This document shows, piece by piece, positions 27,526-37,143 of a stretch of 64,000 nt of DNA. The notes below the pieces were generated by a model. The model was given only the letters and a program-made list of their open reading frames with translations, was not told the DNA's origin and made no database searches. The DNA is from an uncultured candidate division Zixibacteria bacterium (GTDB taxonomy: Bacteria > Zixibacteria > MSB-5A5 > GN15 > FEB-12), in the NCBI GenBank assembly GCA_963664195.1, contig OY760907.1, positions 3,232,001 to 3,296,000 on the forward strand, read 5' to 3'. The position numbers and the translations under genes are program-made. Position 1 is the first letter of the stretch, and each line of letters starts with the position of its first letter.

Positions 27526-28373
27526 AAAGCCTGCACTTTGCCCTTATCGGGGAAGATATCGAGTACTCGTTGTCGCCACGCATTTTCGACGCGGTCTTTG
27601 AGCAGTTGCGCGTAGACGGCCAATTCGAAGTGCACAGCGTACGGGCCGCTGAGTTGTCCTCGCGTCTCCGCCAGATGTCGCTCGATGGCATCACCGGCTT
27701 CTCTGTCACTATCCCGTACAAACAAGCTGTCATCCCGCACCTCGACGACATCGGCCCCGTCGCCAATACAGTACAGGCCGTGAATTCGATTGTGGTGCAG
27801 GACAGCCAATTGTTTGGCTACAACACTGACTGCCACGGCTTCTCATTCGCATTGAAACCGCACAAATCTCTGATCATCGGAGGCACCGCAGTGCTTCTCG
27901 GAAGCGGGGGAGCTGCCAGAGCCGCGATTCATGCCCTGTACAAAGACTTTGGCCTTCGCAGCTTCCTGGTCGCCGGAAGATCACCGGAGAAAGCCGCTGT
28001 AACTGCCGAGCGGATGGAGACGGCCCTTCCCGGTGCCACAGTCACTTCAACTTCATTGAACGAAGTTGTTGCTGTGATGTCAGACTCCTCTCTGGTCGTC
28101 AACTGTACGCCGCTCGGCGGACCAAATCACATAGATCGGTCGCCGCTGCCCTCGGGGTTTGACCTCAGCAAGGTGAAGCTGTATTTCGACTTGAATTACA
28201 ATACGGATAACATGTTCATAAATAAGGCCAGAGAAACCGGTATTGTTGCTCTCGATGGCTCAGCCATGCTGGTGGCTCAGGCACTGAAATCACTCGACAT
28301 CTGGACAGGACAGACAGTTAATTTCGATCCGGTGTACGAAGCTGTGTTCGGTAAACCAGCCTCACGATGGTAG
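27522..28373 (+). CDS. aroE: Shikimate dehydrogenase
   Basis: SLSP, VTIPYK, NTD, GSGGAARA, NCTP, DLNY, MLVAQA. Confidence 0.93.
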   Translation: MKSLHFALIGEDIEYSLSPRIFDAVFEQLRVDGQFEVHSVRAAELSSRLRQMSLDGITGFSVTIPYKQAVIPHLDDIGPVANTVQAVNSIVVQDSQLFGYNTDCHGFSFALKPHKSLIIGGTAVLLGSGGAARAAIHALYKDFGLRSFLVAGRSPEKAAVTAERMETALPGATVTSTSLNEVVAVMSDSSLVVNCTPLGGPNHIDRSPLPSGFDLSKVKLYFDLNYNTDNMFINKARETGIVALDGSAMLVAQALKSLDIWTGQTVNFDPVYEAVFGKPASRW

Positions 28374-28383
28374 GATTGTTCTT

Positions 28384-28944
28384 TTGGCCAAGATCAACCA
28401 CAGACTGTTTCTCATTGGTTTCTCCGGCTCGGGGAAATCCACCGTCGGGCCACTTGTGGCAATCAAGCTGGGTGTCAGATTCGCTGACGTTGACTCGGTG
28501 ATTGAGAAGAATGCAGGATGCAGTATCCCGGAAATTTTTGCGGAACAAGGTGAGAACCAGTTCCGTCATCTCGAGCAGGAAGCAGTGCACGAAGTCATTC
28601 AGAGCAAAAGCGCCTACGGAGTAGTCGCACTCGGTGGCGGTGCCTTTGAAAGCAGTTACATACGCGATATCGTGGCGAGGAACGGCAACACCGTCTATCT
28701 GAGCTGCGCCGCCGATGAGATATACCGTCGTCTCAAACGAAAATCCGACCGGCCTCTGTTGCAGGTCGAATCCAAATCGGGAAAGACTCTTCGCAGTGCC
28801 AGGTTACGACGCATCGGCAAGTTACTTACAGCACGAAAGCTGAACTACGGTCGGGCCGATTGGGCCATCTCCACCACGAGAAGAAGTCCGCAGGAAGTTG
28901 CAGAGATTATCGTCGCCCGGTTCCTGAAGGAGAGCAAAGCATGA
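28384..28944 (+). CDS. aroK: Shikimate kinase
   Basis: GFSGSGKST, GENQFR, ALGGG, RPLL; TTG start. Confidence 0.92.
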   Translation: MAKINHRLFLIGFSGSGKSTVGPLVAIKLGVRFADVDSVIEKNAGCSIPEIFAEQGENQFRHLEQEAVHEVIQSKSAYGVVALGGGAFESSYIRDIVARNGNTVYLSCAADEIYRRLKRKSDRPLLQVESKSGKTLRSARLRRIGKLLTARKLNYGRADWAISTTRRSPQEVAEIIVARFLKESKA

Positions 28945-30056
28945 CAGTTATCCAAGTCAAGACGGCTCAACACAAGTATCCGGTTGAAGTCGGCGTCGAT
29001 ATCGGCAAACAGTTGCTAAGGCTCACCAGATCGGAGACCGCCAACGGACGACTTTTTGTCTTCTATGACGCTCAGTTCTATGCCCTCTTCGGGCGAAGGT
29101 TCAGCAAAGACATACATAAGACGGCGCCAAAGAGAGCCATTGAGATGGTCCTGCCATCCGGCGAGAAAACCAAATCACCGAAAATGCTCTCCGAAATCTA
29201 CGGGTTCCTGTTGGAACAGAAAATAACCCGGTCCGACTTCATTCTGGCAGTGGGCGGAGGAGTTACCACTGATCTTGTCGGCTACGCGGCAGCGACGATT
29301 CTTCGCGGCCTGAAATGGGGAGCCGTTCCGACCACATTACTGGGCATGGTCGATGCCGCTATCGGCGGAAAGACCGGCATCAATCACGCCCTGGGCAAAA
29401 ACATGATCGGTGCATTCTGGCAACCGAGATTTGTCTGCTGCGATGTCGGCTTTCTCAGTACTTTGCCTGGACGCCAGTTGACTGCCGGCCTGGGCGAAGT
29501 CCTCAAGTACGCCGGCCTGGCCGGAGGCAAGATGCAGAAGCACTTGTCCTTGTACGTCAGCGACCAGAACCCCGACTACTGCGCCGTGATGACCGACCTT
29601 GTCCGTTCTTCGGCTGCGTACAAAGCGAAAATCGTCACCGGAGACGAACGCGAATCCGGTCTCAGAATGCTGCTCAATTACGGTCACACTTTTGGCCACG
29701 GAATCGAAACTGCCCTCGGTCACGGCCGCCTGCTTCACGGTGAAGCGGTAATACTGGGTATCCACGCAGCTCTGGAACTGGGAAGACTCCACGGACACGA
29801 ATCAGCGGCGCTCACAGGATATCAAGAATTGGTGGAGAGGTTCATCGACGAACTGCCGAATAGAAAGATAGATGCGGTAGCGGTCCGGGAAGCGATGGCA
29901 CTGGACAAGAAACGCTCAGCCAAGGGTCTCAGATTTGTCTTGCTTGAGAAGCCGGGAAAACCGATAATCTGTGACAATGTAGACCACAGATCTATGACCG
30001 TGGCGTTGAAACAAACGCTGGCCGTGTACGCAAACCGTGGAGGCAGAAATGCCTAA
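28941..30056 (+). CDS. aroB: 3-dehydroquinate synthase
   Basis: GGGVTTD, PTTLLGMVDAAIGGKTG, KNMIGAF, NYGHTFGH, HGEAV. Confidence 0.95.
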   Translation: MTVIQVKTAQHKYPVEVGVDIGKQLLRLTRSETANGRLFVFYDAQFYALFGRRFSKDIHKTAPKRAIEMVLPSGEKTKSPKMLSEIYGFLLEQKITRSDFILAVGGGVTTDLVGYAAATILRGLKWGAVPTTLLGMVDAAIGGKTGINHALGKNMIGAFWQPRFVCCDVGFLSTLPGRQLTAGLGEVLKYAGLAGGKMQKHLSLYVSDQNPDYCAVMTDLVRSSAAYKAKIVTGDERESGLRMLLNYGHTFGHGIETALGHGRLLHGEAVILGIHAALELGRLHGHESAALTGYQELVERFIDELPNRKIDAVAVREAMALDKKRSAKGLRFVLLEKPGKPIICDNVDHRSMTVALKQTLAVYANRGGRNA

Positions 30057-30486
30057 AATACTCGTGGTAAATGGTCCAAACCTCAATCTTCTGGGCAAAC
30101 GTGAGCCAGATATCTACGGAGCGACTTCACTTGACGAGATCAACGAAGGTCTTGAAGCAAGAGCCGCCGCGTCTGGAGGCGAAATCGTCGCGTTCCAGTC
30201 GAATCATGAGGGTGCCATCATTGATTTCATTCAGAGAGAGGGCGAAACCGCCGCCGGCCTGATTATAAACCCCGGCGCCTACACCCATTACAGCTATGCC
30301 ATCCGGGATGCCATAGTCGCAGTAACAGTAAGAGCAATAGAGGTCCATGTTTCAAATGTGCATGCCAGACAGGAATTCCGTCAGAAATCAGTTATCGCTC
30401 CGGTCTGTGTGGGACAAATATCAGGACTCGGCGAAATCGGATACCACGCCGCGCTCACTTATTTCCTGGAACACTCTGAGGGCTAG
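30049..30486 (+). CDS. aroQ: Type II 3-dehydroquinate dehydratase
   Basis: NGPNLNLLGKREP, QSNHEG, NPGAYTH, EVHVSN. Confidence 0.96.
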   Translation: MPKILVVNGPNLNLLGKREPDIYGATSLDEINEGLEARAAASGGEIVAFQSNHEGAIIDFIQREGETAAGLIINPGAYTHYSYAIRDAIVAVTVRAIEVHVSNVHARQEFRQKSVIAPVCVGQISGLGEIGYHAALTYFLEHSEG

Positions 30487-30490
30487 TATA

Positions 30491-32071
30491 ATGAGAAAAC
30501 TTACGTTCTTAACGTTGTTGGCTGTTTGCCTGATGTTGGCAGTTTCGTGTCAGAGGCAGGATACTGCTGGTTCCGCCAGCGGGAGCGAGGGGGACGTTGG
30601 ACTGACACTGGACTCCCTGGAACTAAAATACTCTCAGATTAGCTTCCGCACGGCGGAAGAGACGTGGCAGAAGCTGACCGACGGGTATTCTGACTCACTT
30701 GCGTTTTTCCAGAGGATGGAGCGTTCGGTGATGGGCCAGGAGAACGTGTTTGACGCCCTCCGCAACGGTCGGGCACGTCTTGACTCCGAGGTAGACGAGC
30801 GTCGATATGACTTGTTGTATCCTCGTGTGCTCCAGGCATACCTGGACAACTCGTCCAAGATTTATCCACTGGCCGATTCCTTGCGCGAATTCTACAGCCA
30901 GGATTGGCGTATCTTCGAGACCAAAAGACAACCTCTTGCGCAGATCCGCGAGGTAGTGGAACAGGACAACAATCGGAGCAATCGCGAACTGGCCTACCGC
31001 GCCCTGGCGACATCCAGCGAAGAACATACGGACCAACTGGGACGTCTCTTCCGTATGCGCAATCAAGCTGCCAAGAAGATGGGATTCAACGATTACTTCC
31101 GACTGGCCGGCAGTGCCGTTTCCGATGATTACCGCAAGTTGATTGACGATGTCGATGAGGCCACAAAGGAAGCTTACGAACAGACACTCCGCGGTCTGCA
31201 ATCGCAAAACGCCGGACCGCCTGAAGTCTGGGACTGGCACCACACCTACCTGAGAGCTTTCACCGAGGTGGACCGCAGTTTCCCGGTCGATTCGCAAATG
31301 ACTTTCGTGTATCGAAGTTTCGACGCGCTCGGTTTCAAGTTGACTGCTTTGCCAATCTTCTTCCACATAACTGAAGACACGTCGACTCCCGCTTTTGCAA
31401 CCACTGTAGTCGTTGATGCGCCCGCGGATATCCGCGTTGTCGCTAACCTCGTCGACGGTTTTGCCAGCATGCAGAGACTCATGGGGGCTGTAGGACTGGC
31501 AGTACGAGCAGCCGAGGTATCCCAGGAAGACCCTTTGTTCGCTCGCGCAAACGATCAAGCCCTGCTTGACGGTATCCAGCGCTTCTTTGCGCATGTCTGC
31601 TACCGCCCGGAATGGCTCAAGACCTACGGCAAGCTCTCCGACGGTGCCATCTCCAGATTCGGCGATGCCGCACGGTCAATTGAATTACTGAGTATTCGTC
31701 TCATGCTCGTTAATGCCAGATTCGAATTCGAGGCCTACCAGAACCCGAATCGAAATCTGAACAACCTGTACTGGGACATGTTCGCCGAATACACTTCCTT
31801 GCCCAAACACACGGACCTCAGCCCCTGGGCTTCATGTACGGGCTTCCTTGAGCGTCCGCTGACCCATGGTGCTCATCTCCAATCCGCTGTTATTGCAGCA
31901 CAGACAATGGACTACGTAGTGGATAACTACGGCGGAGTGGCGGACAACGCTGATATTCGGGCGTTTCTGGTGCAGAATTACTTCCGATTCGGTAGCCGCT
32001 ATCCGTGGAGAGAATTAGTAGAGCGAGGCACGGGACAGGGCGTGTCCCCGCATCATCTAATCGCCCGCTAG
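30491..32071 (+). CDS. Lipoprotein with M2/M3-like peptidase fold lacking HEXXH
   Basis: Lipobox LAVSC; RNQAAKKMGFNDYF, DIRVVAN, RFEFEAY, LYWD, GSRYPWRELVERGTG. Confidence 0.6.
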   Translation: MRKLTFLTLLAVCLMLAVSCQRQDTAGSASGSEGDVGLTLDSLELKYSQISFRTAEETWQKLTDGYSDSLAFFQRMERSVMGQENVFDALRNGRARLDSEVDERRYDLLYPRVLQAYLDNSSKIYPLADSLREFYSQDWRIFETKRQPLAQIREVVEQDNNRSNRELAYRALATSSEEHTDQLGRLFRMRNQAAKKMGFNDYFRLAGSAVSDDYRKLIDDVDEATKEAYEQTLRGLQSQNAGPPEVWDWHHTYLRAFTEVDRSFPVDSQMTFVYRSFDALGFKLTALPIFFHITEDTSTPAFATTVVVDAPADIRVVANLVDGFASMQRLMGAVGLAVRAAEVSQEDPLFARANDQALLDGIQRFFAHVCYRPEWLKTYGKLSDGAISRFGDAARSIELLSIRLMLVNARFEFEAYQNPNRNLNNLYWDMFAEYTSLPKHTDLSPWASCTGFLERPLTHGAHLQSAVIAAQTMDYVVDNYGGVADNADIRAFLVQNYFRFGSRYPWRELVERGTGQGVSPHHLIAR

Positions 32072-32256
32072 GAGCATCCCGGGCCCCGCGCCCTCAGACC
32101 ATCATCAGGGTTCCGTCCCCGATGTTTTTCGACCGGCATCACGGCTTCAGAAGAAGTTGGGCGAATTCGCTTGTCTCTCAAGAGCAAACGGCTTACTCTG
32201 CCCAGACCAAAATAGGGGTGAGCACCCGTATTACCGTACAGGAGCGTTGACCGACC

Positions 32257-33624
32257 GTGTCCGATAGACAAAAAGACAATAGGTCCGATTCCATCACTTC
32301 GGGCCCCCTCCTCAAGGCCATCATCGCCCTCGCCTTGCCGGTTACCGCCGGTATGCTGATGGAGGTCTCGTTATCTGTCACCGACTTTTACTGGGTTGGC
32401 AGACTGGGGGCAATTGCGCAGGATGCCGTGACCAGTTCCATGGTCATCATCTGGACCATGTACGCGGCCATTTCGATTATCAGTATCGGAGTGACGGCGC
32501 TCGTCGCGCGGTATATAGGCGCAAAAAACACTGCGAGGGCCGGGCATTATATCCGGCAATCGGTCTGGCTGACCTACCTTATCTCCGGCACTCTGACAAT
32601 AGGCGGTTACCTATTCACTCCAGCGGCGCTTGAGTTCATGGATGCCGGTTTGCCTACACAGGCCCACGCAATACCTTACCTCCGGATATTCTTTGGTTCG
32701 TGCCTGTTTTTGACGCTTTCCGAAACGCTATTCGCCGTTTTCCGTGCTTCGGGCGACACCAAAACACCGATGAAAGTGGGAATCACCGTGGTGCTGATCA
32801 ATATGGCCCTGGACCCGCTTCTGATATTCGGTCTCGGTCCGATTCCGCCACTCGGAGTAGCGGGGGCCTCGGTCGCGACAGCCGTCTCGCACGGCTACGG
32901 ACTTATCGCCATCTGGCGCTATTTGAAGAAGGGACATCTCGGTTACCGAGTGGACAATCTCCACGGCGAGCGTCCGTCCATTCCCGGTATGCTTAAGATA
33001 GCCCGCATCGGCCTCCCGATCGCGAGCCAACAACTCGTTTTCGTTGTCGTCTACTGGTTTCTCATCAAGTACGTGCATGACTTTGGCGAGGCTGCCGGAG
33101 CCGCAATGGGCATCGGCAATCGCATGGAGTCTATCTCGTACCTGACGTGCTACGGCTTTTCGATAGCCGCGTCGACTTTGGTCGGCCAGAACCTTGGTGC
33201 CGGAAGACCAAACCGGGCAGCAAAAGGGGCGTGGGGAGCAAGCGGGCTGGGAATCGGTTTTACGCTCATTCTGTCTGCGATCTTCATCGGGGCACCCGGA
33301 TTTCTCGCCGGCCTGTTCACCAACGATCCCCATGTCCGCGAAATCGCCATGGACTATTTGATTATTCTCGGCCTGTCACAGTCTGCAATGGCTATCGAAA
33401 TCATCATCGAGGGCGCATTCTCTGGCGCCGGAGATACTATGCCGCCGATGATTGTGGCGATTCCAGGTGCGATTGCCCGGATACCGCTCGCATACTATCT
33501 GGCCTTCACCCTCGACTGGGGCATAAACGGGATATGGTGGACTTTGACCATTACCTGCATTCTCAAGGCGATTGTGCTTGGCTGGTGGTTCTGGCTGGGA
33601 AAATGGAAGTCTCGTCGGGTATGA
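32257..33624 (+). CDS. MATE family efflux transporter
   Basis: ALP, TDFYWVGRLG, RASGDTKTPM, LDPLLIFG, GQNLGA. Confidence 0.93.
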   Translation: MSDRQKDNRSDSITSGPLLKAIIALALPVTAGMLMEVSLSVTDFYWVGRLGAIAQDAVTSSMVIIWTMYAAISIISIGVTALVARYIGAKNTARAGHYIRQSVWLTYLISGTLTIGGYLFTPAALEFMDAGLPTQAHAIPYLRIFFGSCLFLTLSETLFAVFRASGDTKTPMKVGITVVLINMALDPLLIFGLGPIPPLGVAGASVATAVSHGYGLIAIWRYLKKGHLGYRVDNLHGERPSIPGMLKIARIGLPIASQQLVFVVVYWFLIKYVHDFGEAAGAAMGIGNRMESISYLTCYGFSIAASTLVGQNLGAGRPNRAAKGAWGASGLGIGFTLILSAIFIGAPGFLAGLFTNDPHVREIAMDYLIILGLSQSAMAIEIIIEGAFSGAGDTMPPMIVAIPGAIARIPLAYYLAFTLDWGINGIWWTLTITCILKAIVLGWWFWLGKWKSRRV

Positions 33625-33726
33625 TATTTAATTGACCTGCCTTGCCGGTGATGCTTAATTCACATGTATGAACCCTGGAGGCAATCAGGATTCGATCCAC
33701 AACTCCGGCATAGGATTGACAGGCGC

Positions 33727-34497
33727 ATGAGCAGAAAATACGTTAGATTCACCAGCGAGACCAATCTCAACGCCACCTACGGTTCTATTGATGACAATCT
33801 CATACAGCCGCTTGACAAAGCTCCCTGGCTGAACGGAAAACCGTGCGGTGATCCCATTCTCGAATCCTCTGCATCTCTGCTGGCGCCTGTGGAACCATCG
33901 AAGATTGTCTGTATCGGGCTGAACTACCATGCCCATGTCGAGGCGTCGCTGTCATCAGACAACGTCCCGGAAAAACCGCTCATGTTCCTGAAACCCCCGT
34001 CATCCATCATTGGCCCCGGTGAGAAAATCGTCCATCCTGAAGATTCCGAACGCGTCGACTACGAGGCTGAATTGGGCGTGGTAATCGGCAAGACAGGCAG
34101 CCATATCCCTGAGGATAGCGCGGAGGAGTACATCCTCGGATATACATGTGTCAACGATGTCACCGCGCGAGACCTGCAGAAGAAGGACGGGCAGTGGTCC
34201 CGCGCCAAAGGATTTGATACGTTCTGTCCGGTGGGGCCATGGATTGTGACCGAACTCAACTACCGGGATGTTCTTGTCGAAGGAATCCACAACGGTGAGA
34301 CAAAGCAATCAGGACGAACCTCCCTGATGATCTTCAACATTCCGTTCCTGATCAGCTACATTTCCCGCGTAATGACACTGAACCCGGGCGACCTGATTTC
34401 CACCGGCACACCCGCCGGAATCGCTCCGATGAAGTCCGGTGACACGATTGTCGTCAAAGTGGAGGGGATTGGAAGCCTTGAAAACGTCATGGCTTAG
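33727..34497 (+). CDS. Fumarylacetoacetate hydrolase family protein
   Basis: KIVCIGLNY, FLKP, DYEAEL, NDVTARD, KGFDTFCP, TGTPAG. Confidence 0.93.
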   Translation: MSRKYVRFTSETNLNATYGSIDDNLIQPLDKAPWLNGKPCGDPILESSASLLAPVEPSKIVCIGLNYHAHVEASLSSDNVPEKPLMFLKPPSSIIGPGEKIVHPEDSERVDYEAELGVVIGKTGSHIPEDSAEEYILGYTCVNDVTARDLQKKDGQWSRAKGFDTFCPVGPWIVTELNYRDVLVEGIHNGETKQSGRTSLMIFNIPFLISYISRVMTLNPGDLISTGTPAGIAPMKSGDTIVVKVEGIGSLENVMA

Positions 34498-36244
34498 CTC
34501 TATTGTCCTACTGATTGTTCTCACGGGCACTGGCTTTGCCCGCGATCAGATTCGTGTCGAGGCACGTCTCAACGGTGAAACGCACACGGTAACCGGGCGG
34601 GTGGACTTCTCGATAGCTCCACGCAACCTGCTGTATGATGAGTTGGTCTTCCGCCTGTATCCGAACATCGTCATTCCGGACTCGCTCGCAGGCGGCATCA
34701 CAATTGACTCAATTGCCGCCGGAGGAGAAAGTTACACGTCGGGTCACAGCCAAAAGACCAAAACCGACTACTGCCAGTCGCTGGGCAAGCCGGTTGCTGT
34801 CGGCCAATCTCTGGAGGCTACGGTCTGGTTCACCACTCGCATACCGGAGATGGCAAACCGCTTTGGCCGGGTGGGATCACATTACACGTTGGAGGCGTGG
34901 TATCCCATGCTCGCCCCCTGGGGCACTGACGGATGGCAGAGTATTGAATACAGAGAATGGCTGGAACCGAATGCCGATCTGAGCGATATCGCGGTCACGT
35001 TCTCATATCCGGATTCCCTCCAGCTTATCGCCCCCGGATTCCAGGATCAGACATCGGAGATCCTGACCAAGACCGCCTCGCTCAGACTGGAACAGGCATC
35101 CGACCTTCCCCTGGTCTTATCACAACGCTTCACCGGGGAAGACTCGAATATCAACGGGGTATCGCTCCGCATCTATTACCGGGATCATTGCGCGTTCATC
35201 GTGGATTCCGTGCGCGAGGTCGCCGCAAACACTCTGGCATTCATGGGCGACAATGCCATGCCGTACCCGTTTGACGAACTCACGATCATCATTGGCGGCC
35301 TCAATACATCTGGCGGACTGGAGATGCCACGCATGGTTCTGATGCAGGAACCATCTCCAACTATGCTGCACCGCGGCTTCCTCAATGCCGTTGTTCACGA
35401 GCTTGTCCACCAGTGGTTTTACGGGATCATGAACAGCAATCAGGCGGATCATCCCTGGCTCGATGAGTCAATCACTGAGTACTTCTCGGTTGCCGTCAAT
35501 CAGAGAACAAACAACGGTCGTCCCGATGTCGTAAACGCTCTTGGCATGACGGCCTTTCAGTTTACCGAGGAGCGGCTCATCGGCAGATCGTCTTTCGGCT
35601 CGGTACCGATGAATCGGGCCGGACAGGCTTTCTTTGACAATCGAGAGTACTACTCCGCTGTCTACGGCAAAGGTTCTCTGACTATCATGACAATAATGCG
35701 GTTGATGGGACCGGAAGACGAGCGACTGTTCTGGCAGGAGTATGTGGGCGCGCACCGGTTCACCAGTGTCAAACCAAACGATTTCATGACAATCGCCGAT
35801 AAGTACCTTCCGCCGACGGAACACGGAAGTGTTGAAGGCATCCTCGGGCATGTTGCACCGCTGGACTGGCAACTGCTCGACCTTTCTAACACCCCTTTCT
35901 CAGTTTCACTCGTGGACACAACCGGCACCGACAGCAACAAAATCACCGTCGACTACGCCGCATACCACCCGCTGGGATATCCGGTTGACCTGCGAATCGA
36001 GTTTATCGACGGCACAACATTCGACACAGCTCTGACGCCCATTGCCGGTCGTCACCGGTTCGAGCTTTCCACAACCATTCCCGCGACAGGAGCAGTTCTC
36101 GATCCCGAATACAAGTACGCCATTGATGTCAACCTGCTCAACAACTCAAATGTACGCGAAGGATCCCGGGGCGCCGGACTCCGGTTGTCATCCGGCATCC
36201 TCTATCTCGTTGAATCCCTCTTCAGCAGCCTGTGGGGATTCTGA
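34478..36244 (+). CDS. Secreted M1 family aminopeptidase
   Basis: TTG start after GGAGGGG; signal peptide; GGLEMP, HELVHQWF, WLDES, YGKG. Confidence 0.88.
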   Translation: MKTSWLSSIVLLIVLTGTGFARDQIRVEARLNGETHTVTGRVDFSIAPRNLLYDELVFRLYPNIVIPDSLAGGITIDSIAAGGESYTSGHSQKTKTDYCQSLGKPVAVGQSLEATVWFTTRIPEMANRFGRVGSHYTLEAWYPMLAPWGTDGWQSIEYREWLEPNADLSDIAVTFSYPDSLQLIAPGFQDQTSEILTKTASLRLEQASDLPLVLSQRFTGEDSNINGVSLRIYYRDHCAFIVDSVREVAANTLAFMGDNAMPYPFDELTIIIGGLNTSGGLEMPRMVLMQEPSPTMLHRGFLNAVVHELVHQWFYGIMNSNQADHPWLDESITEYFSVAVNQRTNNGRPDVVNALGMTAFQFTEERLIGRSSFGSVPMNRAGQAFFDNREYYSAVYGKGSLTIMTIMRLMGPEDERLFWQEYVGAHRFTSVKPNDFMTIADKYLPPTEHGSVEGILGHVAPLDWQLLDLSNTPFSVSLVDTTGTDSNKITVDYAAYHPLGYPVDLRIEFIDGTTFDTALTPIAGRHRFELSTTIPATGAVLDPEYKYAIDVNLLNNSNVREGSRGAGLRLSSGILYLVESLFSSLWGF

Positions 36245-37143
36245 TGGTCAGCACCATTCGCATCGGCCTGAGTAACCTTCGCACCCGACGCCGGCTCTGG
36301 GGTGGTTTGTATCTGGCCAAACTGACCCTGGCACTGATTTTCATGCTGCCGGTGATGGTACTGGTTTCAGCCAAACTGGACTACTCCAGATACGCCGCAC
36401 CGTTGTTGGGGAGCTGGTCTATTGATGTTATTCTGGAGCTGATTCAAACCAGCGACGATCTCCTTCCGGCAATTATAGCCGTATTGCTCTTTTATACTAT
36501 CGCCGTTTTTTTCGTTGGACAGTTTCTAAACGGCGGAGTCTACGACTCGTTTCTCTCGAGGGAACCAATCGGGCCGGTAAGGTTTGCCGCCCAATCGACT
36601 GCGCAGTTCCGGGGCAATCTTAAGATATCGCTGGTAATGGGGGTGCTGTACATTCCGTTGTTCTTACTGGCTATTCTTACCGGGGCATTCATTCCACGAG
36701 ATACGCTCGGACATTTCGGCGACGCAGCTTTCGGCGGGCTCTTTTCAAGATTGGCCGTCATCTATGTGTTCATGATCACCGGTTCCATCTTCTCGGAGTT
36801 GCTGAGGATTCACCACGCTTTGCATCCTGCCGACCTGATCATCAAGGGAATTCGCCCCGTTTTCAACTTTTATATCACTAACCTTGTAAAACTCACAGGC
36901 GTCTATTATCTGTATTTTCTGCCGTTTGCAGTGATTTGGCTTCTGGTTGAGAAGCTGGCGATCATCGTTACCGGCGGCCTGACCGGGCTGCTCGGAGTAA
37001 TGCTGGAGTTGTTTCTGTTCCAGCTATGCTCGCTGCTGCGAACGGGACAATCGCTGGCGTTCACGGCCACAGTTGCGCCCCTGGCACGAAAGGCATTTCC
37101 CGGACGGTTCGAGGACGAACCGACGGAGCAGACCGATGACTGA
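36244..37143 (+). CDS. Hypothetical multi-pass membrane protein
   Basis: About six TM segments; TGATG overlap with M1 gene. Confidence 0.7.
   Translation: MVSTIRIGLSNLRTRRRLWGGLYLAKLTLALIFMLPVMVLVSAKLDYSRYAAPLLGSWSIDVILELIQTSDDLLPAIIAVLLFYTIAVFFVGQFLNGGVYDSFLSREPIGPVRFAAQSTAQFRGNLKISLVMGVLYIPLFLLAILTGAFIPRDTLGHFGDAAFGGLFSRLAVIYVFMITGSIFSELLRIHHALHPADLIIKGIRPVFNFYITNLVKLTGVYYLYFLPFAVIWLLVEKLAIIVTGGLTGLLGVMLELFLFQLCSLLRTGQSLAFTATVAPLARKAFPGRFEDEPTEQTDD

Noticed and set aside
30695..31594. 299-aa minus-strand ORF
   Set aside because: Antisense to the lipoprotein gene; no recognisable features
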